Made by a program: the position numbers and the translations under genes
The notes under the pieces: model-generated
Seen by the model: only the letters and a program-made list of their open reading frames with translations
The model's database searches: none
What the model was told of the DNA's origin: nothing
Shown: positions 58,395 to 64,000 of the stretch, piece after piece
How positions within the stretch are numbered: the first letter of the stretch is position 1
How the letters are laid out: every line of letters begins with the position of its first letter
Source: Phycisphaerales bacterium
GTDB taxonomy: Bacteria; Planctomycetota; Phycisphaerae; Phycisphaerales; UBA1924
DNA: 64,000 bases
Direction: 5' to 3'
NCBI GenBank assembly: GCA_046350475.1
Contig: JAXMAJ010000001.1
Span: 1,675,911-1,739,910 of the forward strand

Positions 58395-60098
58395 ATGAGC
58401 ATCAACATCGGTGTCATCGATTCTCAAGTTCGGCAACGCGCGACCGCTTTGGCGGCCGACTTCGAGACTCGCTTGAACATCCCGACGACCGCAGGAAACG
58501 AACAGGCGGAGATCAAGCGGAGATCTGCGGCATTCGTGTTCCTTGTCGTCAAGACCGTGCTCGACCTGCCCGACGACGAGGCACTGGACTGTCTGACGGA
58601 GGGTGGCAACGACTTGGGCGTCGATGCGATTCATGTTGGAGATGTGGATGACGGCGAGTTCGTGGTCACCATCTTCCAGGGCAAGTACACCCACAATCTG
58701 GAGAAGGCTGGCGAAGCGAACTTTCCAGAGAACGCGGTGGTGCGTCTCCTCCAAACCATTCGGCACCTCTTCGATCCGAACGCAACCATTGCGGCCAACG
58801 ACGAACTGAAGAAGCGAATCGAGGAGGTGCGCTCCGTTGTTCGCGACGGGCATATTCCGAAAGTGCAGATCGTGCTGTGCAACAACGGCCTGACGTGGAC
58901 GGTCCAGGCACAGAAGTTGATCGATCAGGAAAAGTTTGGAGACCAGGTGGTCTGGAAGCACGTGAACCACGACGTGATGTTCCAACTCTTGCAGGCCGTC
59001 AAGCCCGTGGACGACATGCTGCGACTCTCAGGCGAAGCCATCATCGAGAGCCTGGACTTCTGCCGCGTGCTGGTCGGCAAGGTTTTGGTTCGCGAGATTG
59101 AGGGGCTGTTCACCCGCAACGGCGATCGACTGCTGGAGCGCAACGTGCGCCGGTTTCTCGGCCTCCAGGGCAATCGCGTGAATCAGGCGATCGCCCACAC
59201 GCTGCTCGCTGAAAACGAACGGGGCAACTTTTACTTCTACAACAACGGTGTCACCCTTGTCTGCCGCAAGTTCGCTCATAGCGGGTTGCAGAAGGGCGAC
59301 TATTCCGTCCAGGCGGAAGGTTTGCAGGTCATCAACGGAGGTCAGACCTGCAAGACGATTCAGGACACGCTGTCGAAACTCGCGGGCGCAGCTCCCGGCC
59401 TTGAACGGGCATTCGTGCTGATTCGGTTGTACGAACTACCGGCGGATTCTGCGGATCTTGTGCGAAGCATCACCTACGCGACAAATAGCCAGAACCCCGT
59501 TGACCTGCGAGACCTCCGCTCGAATGACGCCAAGCAGAAGAGCCTCCAGGCGGCCGTGGCGGAGTTGAGCTATGCGTACCACAGGCACCGCAGCGACACG
59601 TCATTGAAGCCTACGGACATCAGCAGCGCAGTTGCGGCGGAGGCCGTGTTGTCGGTCTGGCGTCGCCGGCCCCAGCAGGGCAAGTTCCAGGGCCGCGAGC
59701 ACTTTGGAAAGCTCTACGAGACGATCTTCACTGACGACCTGAACGGGGCTCAGGTCATTCTCGCAACGCTGATCTTCCGATACGCGGAAAACAAGCGTCG
59801 TCGTCCGCCGACCGGATCTCCGGACTTCGTCGCCTACGGCTCGTGCTTCATCGCGATGCTCATGGGCAAGTACCTCTTAGAGGAACTCGGCATCACGCTC
59901 GCTCAGTTGAATCACGTGAAGTTTGTGGACGCCAAGGCAAAGCTGGATCAGAAGGAAGACGAGTACTTCACGCGAGCGGTTCAAGCGATTGACGTGGCCG
60001 TCAAGGCTCTTTACGGAAACACGTATGTCTCGCTTCAGCAGCTATCGGCGACGTTCCGCCGCGGCGACCTCATCAGCAAGCTCGGAGTGACGCCTTGA
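58395..60098 (+). CDS. AIPR-family abortive infection protein nested in the BREX locus
   Basis: N-terminal nuclease-like motif GGNDLGVDAIHV...IFQGKY. Central AIPR signature NVRRFLG...FYFYNNGVTLVC...VINGGQTC. Confidence 0.85.
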   Translation: MSINIGVIDSQVRQRATALAADFETRLNIPTTAGNEQAEIKRRSAAFVFLVVKTVLDLPDDEALDCLTEGGNDLGVDAIHVGDVDDGEFVVTIFQGKYTHNLEKAGEANFPENAVVRLLQTIRHLFDPNATIAANDELKKRIEEVRSVVRDGHIPKVQIVLCNNGLTWTVQAQKLIDQEKFGDQVVWKHVNHDVMFQLLQAVKPVDDMLRLSGEAIIESLDFCRVLVGKVLVREIEGLFTRNGDRLLERNVRRFLGLQGNRVNQAIAHTLLAENERGNFYFYNNGVTLVCRKFAHSGLQKGDYSVQAEGLQVINGGQTCKTIQDTLSKLAGAAPGLERAFVLIRLYELPADSADLVRSITYATNSQNPVDLRDLRSNDAKQKSLQAAVAELSYAYHRHRSDTSLKPTDISSAVAAEAVLSVWRRRPQQGKFQGREHFGKLYETIFTDDLNGAQVILATLIFRYAENKRRRPPTGSPDFVAYGSCFIAMLMGKYLLEELGITLAQLNHVKFVDAKAKLDQKEDEYFTRAVQAIDVAVKALYGNTYVSLQQLSATFRRGDLISKLGVTP

Positions 60099-60141
60099 AG
60101 ATGGTGAACTTCAATCTGTCGCCAACTGGCCATCCGCTCGC

Positions 60142-62526
60142 ATGGCAGGGAGTGGTGCGCCAATGAAGAACGCATCCCCTCAGCCCGCGACGATGCTGGA
60201 CGCGATTCTCGCTTCACTCGAACACGCGGCGAAGCACAATCCCGGCGACGTGGCGAAGCCCGCCGCGATCCTGTGGACCGACGCCGATGCACAATGGCAG
60301 CCGCTGATTCCTCTGCTGCAAACGAAGATTCCTCACTTGCTCGTGCATGGCGAATACTCGCCCGCGGAACGCCGGGGGCCCGCGATTTGGGTCAAGTGCG
60401 TTCTCGGTGGCGTCGTTGCCGGGTGTCAGTTTCCCGATTCGACAGTGCCGATCATCTACATGCCAGGTGTGAGTCGGCAGACGCTCCGCGCTGGCGAGGA
60501 GTGCCCGGACGCGCTGAAGCCGTTGGCAGAGTTGCACTATCGAGGCGCTGTGTGGACGCAGAAGAATGGGAAAGACTGGACCGTTGAGGCTTTCCTCGTC
60601 TCTGAAGAGGGCATTGGACTTGATGTCTCCAAGGACGCATCAACGAAGGCCGCGATGCTCGGTGCTTTGGTCGCATTGGCCGAAGCGCCGTTGTCCGTGT
60701 TGCACGACAAGCGCCTGGAGGCAGAGGACTTCGATGGTCTCGTCATCGACGACCAACCTCGCGACCTGCTGACATGGCTTGGCGATCCTGAAGGGACTCG
60801 GCGTCGCTGGGACGCTGCCAAGTGGTCGGCCTTCTGCTCCCGGTGCAGGGCGGATTACGGCTTTGATCCGGTCAAGGACGGTGACACCGCCGGCGGCGAG
60901 CGGCTCGGAATGTGCAAGCAGGACCGAGATCAAGCATGGGAGGCCGTGTGGGCTCGCTTCAATGATGCGCCGGCGGTCTTTCCTGGCGTTATGGAACTGC
61001 TCAAGAGATCAAAACCCAGCGGGCTGGTGTTCGTCAAGGAAACATGGCCGGACGAGAATGAGGAAGCGGAAGGACGGCTGCGGCTTGAACTGCTCGCGTT
61101 TGACGGTCTCTCGCACGCAGATGCCCGTCGCAAGATCGAGGCGTTGGAGAAGGAACACGGGGTCCGTCGGAACTGGGTCTGGTCTCGACTGGGTCGTAGT
61201 CCTCTCGCGTTCAGTTTGAGTTCGCTCACCCTTCTCGCCCAGAAGACCGCAACGAAACTCGGAGGCGACTCTGCCGAGGAGATGGGGAGGCTCTACGCCG
61301 AGGGCGGATACGTTGCCGACGAGGCCGCAATGCGAGCGGTCGCAGCGGTGAAGTCGGCAACGGACGTGCGTGCCGTGCAGACGGCCGTTCGGTCCCTATA
61401 CCTTCCTTGGCTTGATACCGCCGGTGAGCACTTTCAGAAACTCGTGGCGAAGGATGCCTTGCCGGCCAAGGGCAAACAGGAAGTCATCACAGTGGCGGCG
61501 GGGCACTGCCTGTTGTTTGCCGACGGACTCCGATTCGATCTCGGTCAGCGGTTGGCGTCGAAAGCGGAGGAGCGAGGTCTTCGTGTTACACGGCGTCAGC
61601 GGTGGGCGGCCCTTCCGAGCGTAACGGCGACCGCGAAGCCCGCTGTGTCCCCCGTGGCCGGCGAGATTGCCGGCACCGAGCTTCCCGAATCGTTTTCTCC
61701 CGAAGTCGCGGCTACGAAGCAGGTGCTGACGACCGATCGATTCCGAAAGCTCTTAATGGAAGCCGGATACGAAGTCTTGGCGGGCCACGATACGGGTACA
61801 CCCGGCCGTCCCAACGCTCGCGCTTGGGCGGAGGCAGGGCAGATCGACAAGCTGGGTCACGATCTCCAGGGCAAACTTGCTTCGCACCTTGACAGCGAGA
61901 TTGAATCGCTGCTGGAGCGGATCATGGGCCTGTTCGATGCAGGTTGGCGATCAATCCGTGTCATTACTGACCACGGCTGGCTTCTCATGCCAGGCGGCGA
62001 GGGCCTTCCGAAAGCCGATCTCCCGAGCTATTTGACGGCGAGCAAGTGGGCGCGGTGCGCTGCCATCAAGGGCGCATCCAAAGTGACGGTGCCGACGGCA
62101 GAGTGGCACTGGAATGAATCGAGGTCCTTTGCCACCGCCCCAGGCATTCACTGCTTCGGAGCGGGAAACGAGTACGCGCACGGCGGGTTGAGCATCCAAG
62201 AGTGCCTCATCCCGGACTTGCTCATCGAGCCGGCCAACGCTGGAAGCGCTGGTGCCGCGAGCATCACCGACGTTCAATGGCTGGGTATGCGTTGCCGTGT
62301 GGCGGTCACGCCGGCGGACACCTCGCTCACGGTCGATGTACGGACAAAACTGAACGACCCGAACTCAAGCATCGCTGGATCGATCAAGAACATTGACACG
62401 GACGGTAAAGCAGGGCTGATCGTGGCGGACGATGGGCACGTGGGCACAGCGGCGGTGCTTGTGGTACTTGACACCTCTGGCCGCGTCATCGGCAAGAGGC
62501 CAACAACGGTCGGCGGAGAGGAATGA
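60142..62526 (+). CDS. pglZ: PglZ (BrxZ) alkaline-phosphatase-superfamily BREX protein
   Basis: AAILWTDADAQW N-terminus. PglZ domain LLFADGLRFD...ITDHGWLLMPGG...EYAHGGLSIQECLIP. An alternative ATG is at 60163. Confidence 0.9.
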   Translation: MAGSGAPMKNASPQPATMLDAILASLEHAAKHNPGDVAKPAAILWTDADAQWQPLIPLLQTKIPHLLVHGEYSPAERRGPAIWVKCVLGGVVAGCQFPDSTVPIIYMPGVSRQTLRAGEECPDALKPLAELHYRGAVWTQKNGKDWTVEAFLVSEEGIGLDVSKDASTKAAMLGALVALAEAPLSVLHDKRLEAEDFDGLVIDDQPRDLLTWLGDPEGTRRRWDAAKWSAFCSRCRADYGFDPVKDGDTAGGERLGMCKQDRDQAWEAVWARFNDAPAVFPGVMELLKRSKPSGLVFVKETWPDENEEAEGRLRLELLAFDGLSHADARRKIEALEKEHGVRRNWVWSRLGRSPLAFSLSSLTLLAQKTATKLGGDSAEEMGRLYAEGGYVADEAAMRAVAAVKSATDVRAVQTAVRSLYLPWLDTAGEHFQKLVAKDALPAKGKQEVITVAAGHCLLFADGLRFDLGQRLASKAEERGLRVTRRQRWAALPSVTATAKPAVSPVAGEIAGTELPESFSPEVAATKQVLTTDRFRKLLMEAGYEVLAGHDTGTPGRPNARAWAEAGQIDKLGHDLQGKLASHLDSEIESLLERIMGLFDAGWRSIRVITDHGWLLMPGGEGLPKADLPSYLTASKWARCAAIKGASKVTVPTAEWHWNESRSFATAPGIHCFGAGNEYAHGGLSIQECLIPDLLIEPANAGSAGAASITDVQWLGMRCRVAVTPADTSLTVDVRTKLNDPNSSIAGSIKNIDTDGKAGLIVADDGHVGTAAVLVVLDTSGRVIGKRPTTVGGEE

Positions 62527-64000
62527 GCCATATGGAACTTGATGCACTTGACAAACTGGCCGCGTCGGCATTCGACGGCTTCCTCGTCCGCAAGGACCTC
62601 GTTCGCAAGTACTCCAGGCAGTACCCGGTTCCCACCTATGTGGTCGAGTTCCTGCTCGGTCGGTACTGCGCCACTGTGGACGAGAAGGAGATCGCAGAGG
62701 GTCTCGCGATCGTCGAAAAGCAGCTTAAGGATCGAGCGGTGCGGACCGGAGAAGAGGAACTCTTCAAGGCCAACGCTCGCGAGAAGGGCTCTGTCAAGCT
62801 CATCGACATCGTGCGAGCACGCCTGGATTCCAAGAACGACTGCTACATCGCCGAGTTGCCGAGTCTGGCCCTGAAGGAAGTCCGCATCGAGGACAAGCTC
62901 GTCCGCGATCACGAGCGAATGCTGACCGACGGGTTTTATGCCGAGGTTACGCTCGGCTATGACGCGCTCGTGGCACAGGAGAAGAACGGGCGACCGTTCT
63001 CGATCGATGCACTCCGGCCGATCCAGTTGTCCAAGTCGGACGTGCTGGAAACTCTCGCCAGGGGTCGAAAGCTCTTCACGACCGAGGAATGGAAACACTT
63101 CCTGATCCGGTCGATCGGTCTGGAGCCGACCAAGCTTTCTGCACGTGCCCAGATGGTCACGCTGCTGCGAATGGTGCCCTTCGTCGAGCGAAACTTTAAT
63201 CTTGTGGAGCTTGGGCCCCGCGGCACCGGCAAGAGCCACTTGTTCCAGCAGATTTCGCCATATTCGCATCTCATCTCAGGCGGCAAGGCGACAGTCGCGA
63301 AAATGTTCGTCAACAACGCATCGGGCCAACGTGGTCTGGTGTGCCACTACGACGTTGTCTGTTTCGACGAGGTGTCGGGCGTCTCTTTCGATCAGAAGGA
63401 CGGCGTCAACATCATGAAGGGATATATGGCGTCCGGCGAGTTCAGCCGTGGCAAGGAGAGCATTCGAGCCGATGGCGGCATCGTCATGGTGGGCAACTTT
63501 GACGTGGATGTCGAGCAACAGCAACGTGTTGGACACCTGCTCAGCCCGCTCCCGCCGGAGATGCGGAACGATACGGCATTCATGGACCGCCTCCATGCGT
63601 ATGTGCCAGGATGGGACTTCCCGAAGCTCAATCCCAACGAGCACCTCACCAATCACTTTGGACTCGTGAGCGACTTCCTCAGCGAATGCTGGACTCGTCT
63701 TCGAGCCGGTTCTCGCGTGTCAGTCATGCAGCACCGCGTGTATCTCGGTGGAGCACTCAGCGGCCGTGACATCGAGGGTGTGAGCAAAACGATCAGCGGC
63801 ATGACAAAGCTCTTGTTCCCAGATTCGGAAATGCCAGTTCCGGATGCGGACCTGGAGTGGATCGTCCGCGTCGCCTTGGAAAGCCGGCGTCGAGTGAAGG
63901 AGCAGCAGAAGCGGTGTCTCAAAGCGGAATTCCGCAACAGCCACTTCAGCTACACAATGGGTCCGGAGGGCGTCGAACAGTTTGTGGCGACGCCGGAGAT
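62523..64000 (+). CDS. brxL: BrxL Lon-like protease/ATPase, 3'-truncated by the window end (absent from the supplied ORF track)
   Basis: Hand translation from ATG 62523 (ATGA overlap with pglZ): MSHMELDALDKLAASAFDGFLVRKDLVRKYSRQYPVPTYVVEFLLGRYCA..., with Walker A LGPRGTGKSHLFQQ at about 63210-63250. The frame is open to nt 64000. Confidence 0.9.
   Translation, partial: MSHMELDALDKLAASAFDGFLVRKDLVRKYSRQYPVPTYVVEFLLGRYCATVDEKEIAEGLAIVEKQLKDRAVRTGEEELFKANAREKGSVKLIDIVRARLDSKNDCYIAELPSLALKEVRIEDKLVRDHERMLTDGFYAEVTLGYDALVAQEKNGRPFSIDALRPIQLSKSDVLETLARGRKLFTTEEWKHFLIRSIGLEPTKLSARAQMVTLLRMVPFVERNFNLVELGPRGTGKSHLFQQISPYSHLISGGKATVAKMFVNNASGQRGLVCHYDVVCFDEVSGVSFDQKDGVNIMKGYMASGEFSRGKESIRADGGIVMVGNFDVDVEQQQRVGHLLSPLPPEMRNDTAFMDRLHAYVPGWDFPKLNPNEHLTNHFGLVSDFLSECWTRLRAGSRVSVMQHRVYLGGALSGRDIEGVSKTISGMTKLLFPDSEMPVPDADLEWIVRVALESRRRVKEQQKRCLKAEFRNSHFSYTMGPEGVEQFVATPE

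Larger units (their letters stand above)
27533..64000. mobile_element. Integrated plasmid-like/ICE- or IME-like genomic island at tRNA-Pro, possibly composite; the right end lies beyond the window
   Basis: Composition drops from about 70% to about 50-60% GC (spot counts) right after the tRNA. Content is two large serine recombinases, a MobF relaxase, a coupling-protein-like ATPase, ParA, RepA with iterons, three ParB-like genes, ArdC, an orphan methyltransferase and BREX. Confidence 0.8.

Overview
The window has two parts.

(1) nt 1-27532 is a very GC-rich chromosomal core of a diderm bacterium. Spot counts of 60-nt lines give about 70% GC. It carries, in order:
- the 3' part of a nos accessory cluster (nosD fragment, nosF, nosY, nosL) and an Rrf2 regulator;
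- a gamma/alpha/beta 2-oxoacid:ferredoxin oxidoreductase followed by a GltD-like flavoprotein with a fused 2x[4Fe-4S] domain;
- a Fur-like regulator, a large polytopic membrane protein, nadE and a GT2 glycosyltransferase;
- exbB-exbD-exbD, a TlyA-like methyltransferase, a rhodanese, recX, a TPR protein and lnt;
- HEAT and coiled-coil envelope proteins and tRNA-Asp(GTC);
- a 1285-aa tandem hybrid histidine kinase with a REC protein, then tRNA-Pro(TGG).

(2) nt 27533-64000 is a lower-GC integrated mobile element (spot counts about 50-60%). It begins exactly at the 3' end of tRNA-Pro and runs off the window. It carries:
- a large serine recombinase whose ORF reads antisense through the tRNA;
- a block of small and membrane proteins, including tandem paralogues;
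- a TM-less coupling-protein-like ATPase, a ParB, a HEAT-repeat protein and a MobF (TrwC/TraI) relaxase-helicase;
- a divergent putative leading region with an orphan DNA methyltransferase;
- parA plus an RHH protein, repA with iteron-like repeats, and ArdC;
- a second module: a winged-helix regulator, a second large serine recombinase and two translationally coupled ParB/RepB-like genes;
- directly downstream, a complete type 1 BREX locus (brxA, brxB, brxC, pglX, pglZ, brxL) with an AIPR abortive-infection gene nested between pglX and pglZ.

brxL is missing from the supplied ORF track because it runs off the window end. BREX itself is a known system.

The least explained parts are:
- the recombinase-ParB-ParB operon fused to BREX;
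- the unknown small genes of the putative leading region;
- the small-membrane-protein block next to the integrase;
- about 1 kb of non-coding DNA between repA and ardC.

No CRISPR array or rRNA was seen. Many long Arg/Pro-rich ORFs in the track are antisense shadows of real genes.
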